Shown here piece after piece: positions 10,639-21,022 of a stretch of DNA of 64,000 nt. Below the pieces are notes generated by a model, which had not been told where the DNA came from, made no database searches, and saw only the letters and a program-made list of their open reading frames with translations. Origin of the DNA: an uncultured Luminiphilus sp. GTDB lineage: Bacteria; Pseudomonadota; Gammaproteobacteria; Pseudomonadales; Halieaceae. Location: contig CAJJBO010000007.1 of the NCBI GenBank assembly GCA_905182485.1, positions 63,097-127,096 on the forward strand, given 5' to 3'. Numbering within the stretch: the first letter of the stretch is position 1; every line of letters starts with the position of its first letter. Both the position numbers and the translations under genes were made by a program.

Positions 10639-11648
10639 AAAGTTCCCCATGCGTCGATCAAGTAAATGAGATCTAGTTCTGCTTCCGATCGTCGTCTAGC
10701 GACCGCCGCACGTTCGATATCACCGCTACCGCTGTGCCACAGTGCGCCCATGGTCTGACACACCAGGCCCCAGTTAAGTGCGGCAAAAACCTCCCAATAC
10801 TTTAGGCTCTCTTGATCCGGCGCCCATCCAGCGATCGATCGATAACCGGCGAGTAAATCAGCGTATTCGCCAAATCCACCCACTGGTTTTTCGATGTTTC
10901 CAAAGCGCCACACGTGAGCGCACAGGTAGCCAAGGTCCTCGGCTGGTGGACCCTGATGTGCCAGCTCCCAATCGAGAATGCCGGCCAGTCCCTGCTCATT
11001 GACTAATAAATTACCGGTGCGGAAATCGCCGTGTAATAACACACAAGGGACGTCTTCTGGGGCGTGATCAATCAGCCAGTTCAGCCCGAATTGCATGGCA
11101 GGGGATACATCACCGAAGGTCTGTAAGCGTCGTTGTATGCCATCAAAGCGATGCGCAAGCGTTAAGGGTTTTATCGACTGGGGTAGTTGCGAACAATCCA
11201 CGGTATGAGTCTGTGCGAGTGCCGCACCACATTCGTAGGCTAAGCCCTTTCGGGCTGAGCTGAACGCGTCTGCGTTGAGCCAATGTTGGGGGATGCTCTC
11301 ACCGGGAATGAACGCCATGACAAAAGATTCGCCCAAGTGGTGTGACGTCTCAAGCACGGTGTAAATGTGAGGGACGGGTACGCTTGTCTGCGCGGCGAGC
11401 TGAATGATGTGAGCTTCGTCCACTAACGACAGACCCAAAATATTGCCGTCAAGATTTTCGACCGATTCGGCGCTAAAGGGTCGTCTGCGTAAAATGAGTG
11501 GCGTCTCATGCCATGTAAAACGCCACGTCTCATTATTAGCACCCCCTGAGAGCCGCGTTAGGTTGGTAACGCGAGTCCCAACAGGGTGGTCAATCGCTAA
11601 TCCTTCAAGGGTCAGATTGAGATGCTCAGCAAGCGCTTCAGGTTCCAT
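10635..11648 (-). CDS. Phosphotransferase family protein (APH/ACAD10-11 kinase domain, LvaA-like)
   Basis: LSGGANNETW, LLHGDFRTGN, ILDWELAH, EDLGY. Confidence 0.88.
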   Translation of the reverse strand: MEPEALAEHLNLTLEGLAIDHPVGTRVTNLTRLSGGANNETWRFTWHETPLILRRRPFSAESVENLDGNILGLSLVDEAHIIQLAAQTSVPVPHIYTVLETSHHLGESFVMAFIPGESIPQHWLNADAFSSARKGLAYECGAALAQTHTVDCSQLPQSIKPLTLAHRFDGIQRRLQTFGDVSPAMQFGLNWLIDHAPEDVPCVLLHGDFRTGNLLVNEQGLAGILDWELAHQGPPAEDLGYLCAHVWRFGNIEKPVGGFGEYADLLAGYRSIAGWAPDQESLKYWEVFAALNWGLVCQTMGALWHSGSGDIERAAVARRRSEAELDLIYLIDAWGTL

Positions 11649-11794
11649 CTTTGGTTACGTGCCCCATCGATTGGGGGCGCTAAGTGAGGGGGCGCTAGAT
11701 TGGGGCCGGTTAGGGGGGTTCTGGTGGTCGCCGGTGTTGAATCGGTTTGCTACACCTCGATACCTCCGCAACCAACCTGCCATCAATAGACCCC

Positions 11795-12973
11795 TTACCC
11801 TTTTTCGATTTGGAAGGTCAGACCCGCGTGCGCGTGCAGGCGATCGATCAGCGCCTGTCCCATCGCCGCGGCAGGTGTCCACAATCCGCCAGAAGCGAGG
11901 GTTGGGTTTTCCAGCAGGCAAATGGCTGCCTCCGCCAGCATTTTAGAGGTAGAGCCATAGCCTGGGTCTCGATCGCCCTGCACGCTAGAGATCATCAACT
12001 CCCCTTCGCTGTTCTGGCCTGCGAAGATGGCATCATAATTGCCGTTTTCACGCTCTTCTTGAGTGGGGCCATCGCCTGGCTGTAAGTCGCTTTTTCCGAT
12101 GGAGTCGTCTTTTGCAACGTACTCTGCCGCGGCTTTACCTTGCTCACCATCGCCGGTCAGTAACATCTCGTCGTAGCGGAAATCCTCGCCATACTGGTGA
12201 CCCAGTAAAAAATTGGAGCGATGGATGTTTTTGGTGTTAATCGCCGCCATAACGAAGGGTGCGCTCCAGCTATTAAGTTCCTCGTCATACTGGGGCGCTG
12301 CGCCAGTGGGTTGTTCAGGGCCGGTGAAACCTTCTGTTAACGCAAAGGGATTGGTGAGCACCTTGATGATGGCAGGATTGGCTTGTGCCGATGCCATGGT
12401 GGCGCGCATAGAGGCAATCGTTCCTCCGGAGAAAGTGCCATTCATCGCTCGGACTCTGCCTTTGACCGTGGCGATGGGTTTCCCTGTCTGAGTGATGGCA
12501 TGTTGCTGCAAGCAGTACACACCCAAATCAAAGGGAATAGAGTCAAAGCCGCAGCTATGAACGATGCGCGCGCCAGAGGCTTTTGCGGCGGCAGAATGCT
12601 GAGCAATCGTCTCGTGCATCCAGCTGGGTTCACCCGACAGATCGACGTAGTCGGTACCCTGTTCTGCACATTGTTTGATCAACTCCTCTCCGTAGAGCTG
12701 GTAGGGGCCAACGGTCGTGATGACCACTTTGCAGTCTGACACCATCTGGCCGACGGAGGCTGCATCGTCACTGTCCACGCTCACCAGATCGACACTGTCA
12801 GGGATGCCGAGTGCTGTCCGTACCGATGCTAATTTATCGAGAGATCGCCCGGCCATTGCCCACTTCAAGCCGGTATTGGCATATTCCCCTTGCAGATACT
12901 CTGCGACGAGGCGGCCGGTGTATCCCGAGGCGCCGAACACCACAATGTCATATTTCGTATTCGTATCAGCCAT
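11795..12973 (-). CDS. Saccharopine dehydrogenase-like oxidoreductase (trans-acting enoyl reductase family)
   Basis: YDIVVFGASGYTG, TTVGPYQLYGE, HSCGFDSIPFDLG, GDRDPGYGSTSKM; probable start MADTNTK at 12973. Confidence 0.88.
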   Translation of the reverse strand: MADTNTKYDIVVFGASGYTGRLVAEYLQGEYANTGLKWAMAGRSLDKLASVRTALGIPDSVDLVSVDSDDAASVGQMVSDCKVVITTVGPYQLYGEELIKQCAEQGTDYVDLSGEPSWMHETIAQHSAAAKASGARIVHSCGFDSIPFDLGVYCLQQHAITQTGKPIATVKGRVRAMNGTFSGGTIASMRATMASAQANPAIIKVLTNPFALTEGFTGPEQPTGAAPQYDEELNSWSAPFVMAAINTKNIHRSNFLLGHQYGEDFRYDEMLLTGDGEQGKAAAEYVAKDDSIGKSDLQPGDGPTQEERENGNYDAIFAGQNSEGELMISSVQGDRDPGYGSTSKMLAEAAICLLENPTLASGGLWTPAAAMGQALIDRLHAHAGLTFQIEKG

Positions 12974-13144
12974 TTTGTACAACACTCCAAGCAACAATAA
13001 TGAAATAGGCCGATAAGGTTACCTTGTCTCGACAGTGAGAGGGCGTTTAGCGGGCACCTTTTTGACAGGACGGCGGTCGCATGAAAGCGACACAGATCAA
13101 TCAATAGCGCAGGCAAGACCCTGCATTCCCGTTATGATGACCAC

Positions 13145-13891
13145 ATGACTTCTCAAGCCAATACGCAAAATGTCATAGCAGTATTGTTATCAGCCATTGA
13201 GTCTCGAGACCTGCGAGCGATACGAAATGCGTTACATCCGAGTGCCACTTGGCAAAACGTACCGCATGCGCCGGTTCAGGGCAGGGAGTCAGTGATGGCC
13301 TTACTTGCCAACATCGTATGTTGGTCGGATAAAGTGCGATGGGATGTGGCCTCGGTCGCCACCCAGGGCAATGTGGGATGGCTCGAGAGGCTAGACCGTT
13401 TTTGGTTGGCTGGTGAGGAGCACTCTGTTGCCTGTAACGGTATTTTCACGATAGACCCAGAGACTCAGACGGTGCTCTCCGTGCGTGATTACGTTGATCT
13501 CGGCGAATGGCGAAGTCGAGTAGGCTCTGTGCTGGCGGATTTTTCAGATCGCTCACCTGCTGCGGTAGCGCAGCGACATCGGGCGGCAGTGGAACGTCTT
13601 GATCCCGTCGCCATGGCTGCCGATTATGCGCTCAATGCGGTACTGGAGCGCCCTGGCGCCCATTATGAGAGCTGGTATGCCATCGCCGATTACTTCGATT
13701 CGGTGCCCTCGAGGTTAGCGGGCCGTGAGCTCGTTTTTGGCTCAATGGAGGCAATAGGGTCTGACAGGGTTAGGTTGTCTTGGCGCATCTCCAAAGGCAT
13801 CGATGCCGCGGTATCCGGCGAGGATACCTTTCAGATTGTTGCGGGCAGAATCGCGCATCAGGTAACCACGCTCAGCGAAGGTGACTTTTAA
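13145..13891 (+). CDS. Limonene-1,2-epoxide hydrolase/SnoaL-like protein with two NTF2-like domains
   Basis: WQNVP...ERLDRF...VRDYVD (LEH-like) followed by a second SnoaL-like domain (MAADYA...GEDTFQIVAGRI). Confidence 0.65.
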   Translation: MTSQANTQNVIAVLLSAIESRDLRAIRNALHPSATWQNVPHAPVQGRESVMALLANIVCWSDKVRWDVASVATQGNVGWLERLDRFWLAGEEHSVACNGIFTIDPETQTVLSVRDYVDLGEWRSRVGSVLADFSDRSPAAVAQRHRAAVERLDPVAMAADYALNAVLERPGAHYESWYAIADYFDSVPSRLAGRELVFGSMEAIGSDRVRLSWRISKGIDAAVSGEDTFQIVAGRIAHQVTTLSEGDF

Positions 13892-14101
13892 TGACGCCCT
13901 GCTCTTGACTGGCCTCAGTGTCAGTTGGCGGTCGTGCCAGCATCGGGCGCCGTCGTAAACAGGCCACCGTACTGCGTGACGGAGCGGGGGAATTGGATTT
14001 GACCGCTACAATGATTCACAAAACGGCGGATATAATTATCGGCATAAATTGTGCCAATATTGATATAGTGTAGCTCCAACTTAACGCCGAGCGATAACAG
14101 T

Positions 14102-15184
14102 ATGGAGATCTTACGAACCCCCGATGCCTGCTTCGCTGGATTGTCGGACTATCCCTTCGAGCCACATTACACCGACATCGATGCGGGTGATGGCAGTACG
14201 CTTCGCATTCACCACTTGGATGAGGGGGACCGCAATGCACCGATTGTTCTGTGTCTTCACGGACAGCCGAGCTGGAGTTATCTTTATCGAAAAATGGTGC
14301 CATTATTGGTCAAGGCTGGGTTACGGGTTATTGCCCCTGATTTACCTGGCTATGGCAAATCTGATAAGCCAGCAGCCAGAGAGGATTACAGCTACCAGCG
14401 CCAAGTAGACTGGATGGGTCGCTGGCTCGAGGCCAATGATTTCTCAGATATCACGCTATTCGGACAGGATTGGGGTGGTTTGATTGGACTGCGCTTGGTG
14501 GTCGATTACCCGGAGCGAATGACTCGTGTTGTCGTGGGTAATACGGGATTGCCGTATGCGCCCGAGGTGCCCGATGAGATAATTCAGCAAGTCACGGTCT
14601 TTCGAGCAGAAGCAAAGACCCCGACCTTACCCGAGATGTCGAGCGCGATAGCTAAGTTAGCGCGACCGGATGCGGCGCCCTTCGCATTTGTTCTGGGATT
14701 TGCTTATTGGCAAAAGTTTTGTTGGGAAACCGAGTGCCTGCCTGTCGGCTTCATGATGGAAAGCATGGTTGACCGGGTCGCTAGCTGGCGGGTGGCACTG
14801 CCATTACTGGGGCACCAGTTTTTCGGTCGCCGTCTGCGCCCCCTAACGCCACTCGGTCATGCTTACGAGGCACCTTTTCCAGACGCCTATTTTAAAATGG
14901 GTCCCCGTGCCATGCCGAGTCAGGTGCCCACCCTACCCACAGATCCTTCGTTAGCCGCGCAAGCAGATGCGTGGGCTTTTTATGAGCAATTCGAGAAGCC
15001 TTTTCTCTGCTTATTCACAGCAGATGACCCCGTTACTTTTGGGGCGAATAAACCGTTCATCGCCAAAGTGCCCGGTGCTGCCGGTCTCAATCATCAAGTA
15101 TTTGATCGTGGAGGGCATTTTCTGCAAGAGCGGTGCCACCATGAGCTGAGTCAAGCAATCACCGACCTAGTTCATAGCACTTAG
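14102..15184 (+). CDS. Haloalkane dehalogenase (alpha/beta hydrolase, HLD-I-like)
   Basis: LRTPDACF, LHGQPSWSYLYRKM, GYGKSDKP, GQDWGGLIGL, GHFLQE. Confidence 0.88.
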   Translation: MEILRTPDACFAGLSDYPFEPHYTDIDAGDGSTLRIHHLDEGDRNAPIVLCLHGQPSWSYLYRKMVPLLVKAGLRVIAPDLPGYGKSDKPAAREDYSYQRQVDWMGRWLEANDFSDITLFGQDWGGLIGLRLVVDYPERMTRVVVGNTGLPYAPEVPDEIIQQVTVFRAEAKTPTLPEMSSAIAKLARPDAAPFAFVLGFAYWQKFCWETECLPVGFMMESMVDRVASWRVALPLLGHQFFGRRLRPLTPLGHAYEAPFPDAYFKMGPRAMPSQVPTLPTDPSLAAQADAWAFYEQFEKPFLCLFTADDPVTFGANKPFIAKVPGAAGLNHQVFDRGGHFLQERCHHELSQAITDLVHST

Positions 15185-15272
15185 CGCAGACGGGCTCCCA
15201 ATTTGAAAAGCCCCTTCAGGTGGCAGGGCGGTCGAGTATCTCGACGCTGTGGTGTGATCTCCATACCCTGTC

Positions 15273-16346
15273 TCAATTGATAACCGTCACGCCATACAGC
15301 GGGTCATCGCCGTTGATGAGCGAATACAGCGCCTCTGCAAGGCGCTCACTCTGATGAACGCAAGTCTCCCAATACGCGACTCGCTGATGTGGCGACAGAC
15401 GACTAAAGTCGGATCGGTCAGGAATCTTTTGCTGCGGCAATGTTGCAAGAAATGATCGGCTGGGACACATCAGTATTAAGTTGTCGATGGTGGGGCGCGA
15501 CTGCGCACGCCAAGGCAGCATCTTGTCAAACCAGCCCGGGACTATCAGGTCACTAAAGTGCGGATACAGTATGAGCCCGTTAGCTTCTGAGTTGGTGAGT
15601 GAAAAATGATAGTCGATAATGCCGCCATCCCAGAAAGGACCGCCAGTCGCCCCCGGAATAGATGATTCACATTGCATGAGGAGCGGGATCGCACCACTGG
15701 CTTTGAGTGCGGGGATAACATTTCCCTCGGATAGGGTCACGGTTTGCGTATTGAAATCTGACGCGAAGGGTACGGTGCCGATTGCCGCGTGGCAGAACGC
15801 AATACGCTGAAAAAATAGGTTGAGTGTCTTTCGGCTGAGGGCATTTGCAGCGCTGGCTAATGCCATGCTCGCGACAAGAGGCAGTCCAGATTGTCCCTGA
15901 GCGATTCCTCTTCCCCGGGCAGTGATAATGATATTGCGAAACCGCTCATGTTCAATGATGTGGACCGCGCCGCGTGGTCCGAGCGCTTCGTGTAAAAGCT
16001 GCTCTGCGACCTGACTGACCTCTGACGGTGAGGGCTTGGCACTACTGTATTGCTGTTGAAGATACGCTGTCTGCAGCCGTTGAATTGCAGCGCCGGGTTG
16101 TGGTTGGCTCAAACACGCGTGTCGCCACGTACCGATGGATGAACCCAGTAACCGCAGGGGTTGGGTTTGATGGTGCAATAATTCGCTGGCTAAAATTTGG
16201 TCGAGCTCTGACAGTATCAGCCACTTCGGTCCACCCGATGCGCCAATCAGCGTATTGAATGGCGCGCCCTTCCAGCCTTGATTGCCGATGATTTCGGCGG
16301 CCGTTTTACCCATGTAAATCGAGAGGGGGTGATCCGTAGAAGGCAT
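15273..16346 (-). CDS. Patatin-like phospholipase family protein
   Basis: GASGGPKW, GSSIG nucleophile motif, WDGGIIDYH. Confidence 0.8.
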   Translation of the reverse strand: MPSTDHPLSIYMGKTAAEIIGNQGWKGAPFNTLIGASGGPKWLILSELDQILASELLHHQTQPLRLLGSSIGTWRHACLSQPQPGAAIQRLQTAYLQQQYSSAKPSPSEVSQVAEQLLHEALGPRGAVHIIEHERFRNIIITARGRGIAQGQSGLPLVASMALASAANALSRKTLNLFFQRIAFCHAAIGTVPFASDFNTQTVTLSEGNVIPALKASGAIPLLMQCESSIPGATGGPFWDGGIIDYHFSLTNSEANGLILYPHFSDLIVPGWFDKMLPWRAQSRPTIDNLILMCPSRSFLATLPQQKIPDRSDFSRLSPHQRVAYWETCVHQSERLAEALYSLINGDDPLYGVTVIN

Positions 16347-16620
16347 GCCTACCTCAGTGCTGTGATCGGTAAATCAGGTGCTATGATTACGGTAACTGTC
16401 ATCAATTGTGTCTGGTGAATGGTCGGGACCTAGTGTACCGAAAGCATCTTGGCGTTACATTTATCTCGAATCGGAAGCGCTTATACGCGGTAGCAGCCAG
16501 TATCGGCAGCCGGTAACGTGTGGTCACTAACGTTTTGCGGCGGCCTCTCATCGCTTCACCATCGTTTTAGACAGGCAGGTTGTGATAGAGCGATGCCGTG
16601 AGCATTGCGAGAGGAGTGTT

Positions 16621-17572
16621 ATGCACAATGAGCAGGTAGATAGCTTGCGCCTCCGAGAGCTGGTAAAAGCCTTTCAAAGCGCTGGCGGATTACCCTTAGC
16701 GTTTGCTGAGTCATATGTGCAATGGTATGCCGGCGTGGTGCAGCATTTGGCGAGTTGGACTCGAACTTGTGCGGCACCGTCCATTATTGGCCTCAACGGC
16801 TGCCAAGGCTCGGGTAAAAGCACGCTACTCAACAACGTGATCTAAGACGATGTGCCAGCTTCATGGAGTCGCCGCAATAGTGCTCTCGCTCGATGACTTT
16901 TATCTCACGAAAGACGAGCGTCGGCAGTTGGCCGTCGACATCCACCCGCTCTTGATGACTCGCGGTGTGCCCGGAACCCACGACGTGCCACTGTTACTGA
17001 ACACCATTGAGCAGCTGCGAGCTGGTGACCGTGTTTTGTTGCCCGTATTCGACAAAGCGTCGGATGACAGAGCGGCGATACAACAGTGGCGCACTAGTGA
17101 CCCCGGGACAGAGCTGATCATTCTTGAGGGATGGTGCGTGGGCCTGTCACCGCAGCCAACCGCACAATTAGGCCTGTCTGTGAACGACTTAGAGCGGGAG
17201 CAAGATGCTGATTTAGTCTGGCGGCAAACGATAAACCAGCAGCTGTCAGGCCCGTATGCCACATTATTGGCAGAATTAGACGCGTTACTCTTTCTGCAAG
17301 CCCCACACTTCGATGCGGTGCTCGAATGGCGGTGGGAGCAAGAGCAGCAACTGTCCGCTCGGTATCAGTTAGCACATCCCGCCGACCAAGATCCCACCAT
17401 GAGTCGGGATGATATGGTCACTTTCATCTCGCATTATCAGCGTCTGACCGAACATGCCTTAGCCACACTGCCCCAACAGGCGGATTACGTTTGGGCATTG
17501 GCGGAGGATCGATCCGTGTCGAACTTACACATACAAGCAGGCGGCACTCGGAGTAAGGTGGTGTTGAAGTAG
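16621..17572 (+). CDS. P-loop kinase, plant-type D-glycerate 3-kinase (GLYK)-like, frameshift ~16840
   Basis: GLNGCQGSGKST in ORF 16582; SLDDFYL, TRGVPGTHD, FDKASDDR, ILEGWCVG in ORF 16850. Confidence 0.8.
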
Positions 17573-17761
17573 CCGTCCTCAGAATGACGTCGTGAGGGCA
17601 CCATGACGATTTTCATTGGCAGGACTGATCTCGGGAATCGAGCGGGCGATCGCCGTCAGCCAGCCTGATGACCTTATAGTATGGCCGGCACCCCGACATA
17701 TCAAAGCGAGTCATCGCCATTGGGCTGTTGGCGCTGAATTTTTTCGGGCTGAATGATCGGG

Positions 17762-17812
17762 ATGCCTTTGGGGCCGAATGCCTTTGGAGCCGAATGCCTT
17801 TGGGGCCGAATG
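17762..17812 (+). repeat. Three tandem copies of a 16-bp unit ATGCCTTTGG(G/A)GCCGA
   Basis: Direct reading: ATGCCTTTGGGGCCGA ATGCCTTTGGAGCCGA ATGCCTTTGGGGCCGA ATG. Confidence 0.9.
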
Positions 17813-17856
17813 AATGGTGCTTGAATCCACTACTGGAACCGTGTCAGCCTGAGGCC

Positions 17857-19182
17857 ATGAGAAGAACCTACGGTAAAAAGAGTAGCCGAATACTATTCGC
17901 CTGCGTCAGTATCTGTGTGGCACTGCCCACGTGGAGCTGGTCTGATCACGCCAGTCTGGTTTGGCCGCTACTGCGCACACAGCCAAATCTTATGGAGCAA
18001 ACGGTAACGGCTGAGCCACTTGAGCAGTTTTTGATTGCCCAGCAGGCGGGTATCGCTCAGACGCTTGAATCGGTCGAAACGTGGTCACTGAATACCATTG
18101 CGCATTACCCCCCTACGCCGCAATCGCTGGAGTGGGACCGCGCTAATGAACCGACGCCAGCGCGTTTTTTTGCCGCAATTCGCGTTAACCCTACGCTGCC
18201 TTACCGGCTCTATGTCGACGAACCGCCAGCCCAATCGGTGTCTGGTCGTTCGTTGTTGCCTTGGCAATCGCTTAGTTTTCTCAGTGGCGGGAATTCACAG
18301 TTGGCGACTCGATATCGATCACTTGCGGCGGGCGATCCGGTCACGATTGCCGAGGTCATTGCCACCGCTAGCGATGAGCCAGACTTTGGCATGGATGTGG
18401 GTTTATTTGAGGATAATGGCACGGCGTTTGGTGCCGTCTACGGTTTTGGTGAAACGCCATTTGGTAATGACAATCTAGACTACGGATCACAAGCGCCCTT
18501 TCACATGGGCTTTTATCATCTTGATTGGCTAACACGCATGGCGCAACCCGACTTGTTGCGCACTTACCCACTGTGGCGGATTGCGCTATTTGGTGAGTTG
18601 GCGGATCTGGCGTTTCGAGCCGGCCATGATTACTGGGGCTGGCGATTTTTGGGTTGGGGATTGCATTACGTGGGTGACCTCACACAGCCTTACCACGCCG
18701 TGCCGCTGCCGGGTGTCAGTACCTTTGCCGGCTTGTTACTCGTGGCGCGGGGTCAAACAGGCGAGGCTATTCAGCTGGTATCGAATCGTCATGGCGTGAT
18801 CGAATCTTATCAATACCATCGGCTGACTCGTGCTTTGGTAGCGGGAGATTGGTCGGCGCCCATATTGTTGGCGGTATCAGCACAGCCTACTGATACGCCA
18901 CTGAGCTACGATGCCATGGTGCACGCGTTGACGGCAGAGTCTGTTGAGGCAGCGGCGTCCTTTGATGCGGTGATAGAAGCGAATGTACCTGAGCGTTTTG
19001 TGAGCGACCCCGACTTTGAATGGACGGGTTCGGGTTATGAAAGCGGGGTCGTAGAGCATGTTCTGGAGCAAAAAGGGCCCGTCGCCGTTCAACGTCTCGA
19101 TAACGCCGTTATTGTGCAATTACAGCGGTTCTCGGTGGTCGCCAGTCGATGGATTGCACGCGGTGGCGCGAGCGCAGAATGA
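17857..19182 (+). CDS. Secreted zinc-dependent phospholipase C/P1 nuclease superfamily protein
   Basis: GAGG RBS and ATG 17857; signal peptide followed by mature N-terminus WSDH; ASDEPDFGMD, QAPFH, HYVGDLTQPYH, SNRHGVIE metal-ligand pattern. Confidence 0.7.
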   Translation: MRRTYGKKSSRILFACVSICVALPTWSWSDHASLVWPLLRTQPNLMEQTVTAEPLEQFLIAQQAGIAQTLESVETWSLNTIAHYPPTPQSLEWDRANEPTPARFFAAIRVNPTLPYRLYVDEPPAQSVSGRSLLPWQSLSFLSGGNSQLATRYRSLAAGDPVTIAEVIATASDEPDFGMDVGLFEDNGTAFGAVYGFGETPFGNDNLDYGSQAPFHMGFYHLDWLTRMAQPDLLRTYPLWRIALFGELADLAFRAGHDYWGWRFLGWGLHYVGDLTQPYHAVPLPGVSTFAGLLLVARGQTGEAIQLVSNRHGVIESYQYHRLTRALVAGDWSAPILLAVSAQPTDTPLSYDAMVHALTAESVEAAASFDAVIEANVPERFVSDPDFEWTGSGYESGVVEHVLEQKGPVAVQRLDNAVIVQLQRFSVVASRWIARGGASAE

Positions 19183-19251
19183 TGGGCGAAGTGATGGGCG
19201 GCGTCACGCGTGAAAAGCAAAACGCGGCACTTTTGAACAGGGATTTGCGCC

Positions 19252-19680
19252 GTGTTTGAACTCGATGCGCGTTTAGAGGCTGACACCTATTTCGTGGCTA
19301 AAACGGCGCTGTGTCGACTTCTTTTGATGGATGATGCGCGGTTTCCTTGGTTGATTCTGGTGCCTGAGGTGGCAGGCATCAGCGAACCCTTTGACTTAAG
19401 TGAGTCGGATCAGACAGTACTGTGGCGGGAGTCAATGCGCTTAAGTCGCTTCCTCAAGGCGCACTATCAGGCGGATAAACTCAATATAGCGGCACTGGGC
19501 AATCAAGTACCGCAACTGCACCTTCATCATATTGCTCGTTACCATTCCGATGTGGCTTGGCCGGGCCCGGTATGGGGTATCGGTACTCCGGAACCCTACG
19601 CTGCGGAGGAGGCGACCCGCTTGATCGGCTCGTTGCGTGAGGGGCTTGCGCTACCGCTCTCGCTGACCCTAACGGCGTAA
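19252..19680 (+). CDS. HIT family protein
   Basis: FELDARLEADT, PWLILVP, KLNIAALGNQVPQLHLHHIARY. Confidence 0.9.
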   Translation: MFELDARLEADTYFVAKTALCRLLLMDDARFPWLILVPEVAGISEPFDLSESDQTVLWRESMRLSRFLKAHYQADKLNIAALGNQVPQLHLHHIARYHSDVAWPGPVWGIGTPEPYAAEEATRLIGSLREGLALPLSLTLTA

Positions 19681-19836
19681 ACTGGCACTCACTCCATGGA
19701 ATGGACGGGCATCGGTGAATGAGGGTGCATCTGCCATCACGCGCGGTGCGTTCAATGATGCTCGACGTTCACGGTGCTCGGTAACCACAGCTGCCACTGA
19801 CCGACTGATGAGCCAATAACGAGAAGGGGAGTCCTC

Positions 19837-20325
19837 ATGCCGCAGGTCTTATTTGTTTGTATGGGCAATATTTGTCGCTCACCAACTGCCCACGCCGTCT
19901 TTCGCAAGCAGGTGAGGGAAAGAGGGCTGATTGACCAATTTGTGATCGATTCTGCGGGAACACATGACTTCCATATTGGTAGGGAGCCAGACAAAAGATC
20001 GATCGAGACGGCGGCGGAACAGGGGCTCGATATGACGGATTTGCGCGCCAGACAAGTTCAAGAAGTTGACTTTGAGCAGTTTGACTATGTGGTGGCAATG
20101 GACAAACAAAATCTGGACGCACTGCAAAACAGCTGCCCCGAAGCCTATCTGGGGCGTCTATCGTTGTTGCTTAATTGGACCGATGGTTGGGGTGCTGAGG
20201 TCCCCGATCCTTACTACGGCGGTGACGAGGGTTTTAGCCGTGTGCTGGAGATGGTGACGAGCGCTTGCCGGTGCCTGCTTGAGCATATTGTCGCTGAGCA
20301 CACGTTGTTACCACATAAGCAATGA
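19837..20325 (+). CDS. Low molecular weight protein-tyrosine phosphatase
   Basis: VCMGNICRSP P-loop, DSAGT, VPDPYY. Confidence 0.93.
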   Translation: MPQVLFVCMGNICRSPTAHAVFRKQVRERGLIDQFVIDSAGTHDFHIGREPDKRSIETAAEQGLDMTDLRARQVQEVDFEQFDYVVAMDKQNLDALQNSCPEAYLGRLSLLLNWTDGWGAEVPDPYYGGDEGFSRVLEMVTSACRCLLEHIVAEHTLLPHKQ

Positions 20326-20759
20326 AATGTTTGATTCAACGGGTCACTTGCGCCTCGGTGAGGGTCGATCACAGCGTCGTGGGTGAGATCGGCTCTGGCT
20401 TATTAGTCTTCATAGGTGTTCAAGCTGATGATACTGATCAGACAGTCGCGCGAATGGCACAGCGGTTGCTCAATTACCGGCTCTTTAGCGATGCAGCAGG
20501 TAAAATGAATGTGAGCGTTGTCGATGCACAAGGCAGTATTTTGCTGGTGCCGCAGTTCACGCTTGCGGCCGATACGGGTCGCGGCAATCGGCCCAGTTTT
20601 TCAAAGGCCGCCCCACCTGCGTTGGCCGAACACTGCTGCGAGGCTTTGGTCAGCGCGCTGCTCGCGAGCGGCACGCCGACGGCAACCGGACAATTTGGTG
20701 CGGACATGCAGGTCTCTCTGGTCAATGATGGACCCGTCACGTTTCTGCTAGAGGGCTGA
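20322..20759 (+). CDS. dtd: D-aminoacyl-tRNA deacylase
   Basis: LIQRV, PQFTLAADT, RPSF, FGADMQVSLVNDGPVT. Confidence 0.95.
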   Translation: MKCLIQRVTCASVRVDHSVVGEIGSGLLVFIGVQADDTDQTVARMAQRLLNYRLFSDAAGKMNVSVVDAQGSILLVPQFTLAADTGRGNRPSFSKAAPPALAEHCCEALVSALLASGTPTATGQFGADMQVSLVNDGPVTFLLEG

Positions 20760-21022
20760 GGATCGGTTTAGGTGATCACGCCGTTGCAGGTGAACCCCTC
20801 ATAAACCAATACGTGTTAATCAGCGTCTTGAGACGGGGTTTCGATCTCGGTTTGGATTGACGCTAGAGCGGGCCACTGAGCTCAATCGAGACTTGCGCCG
20901 GCAGTGCCGCAGGGTGTTGCGTAATTGAACCACTAATGATCAAATAAAAAACAGCTGTTGCATTACTGAATCCCGTATAGTGCGCCCCAATTCGACTTTT
21001 GCTTAGAACTTGGAGGTTCATT

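Noticed and set aside
17762-17812. Possible mini CRISPR array
   Set aside because: The repeats are contiguous with no spacers, only 16 bp long, and no cas genes are present.
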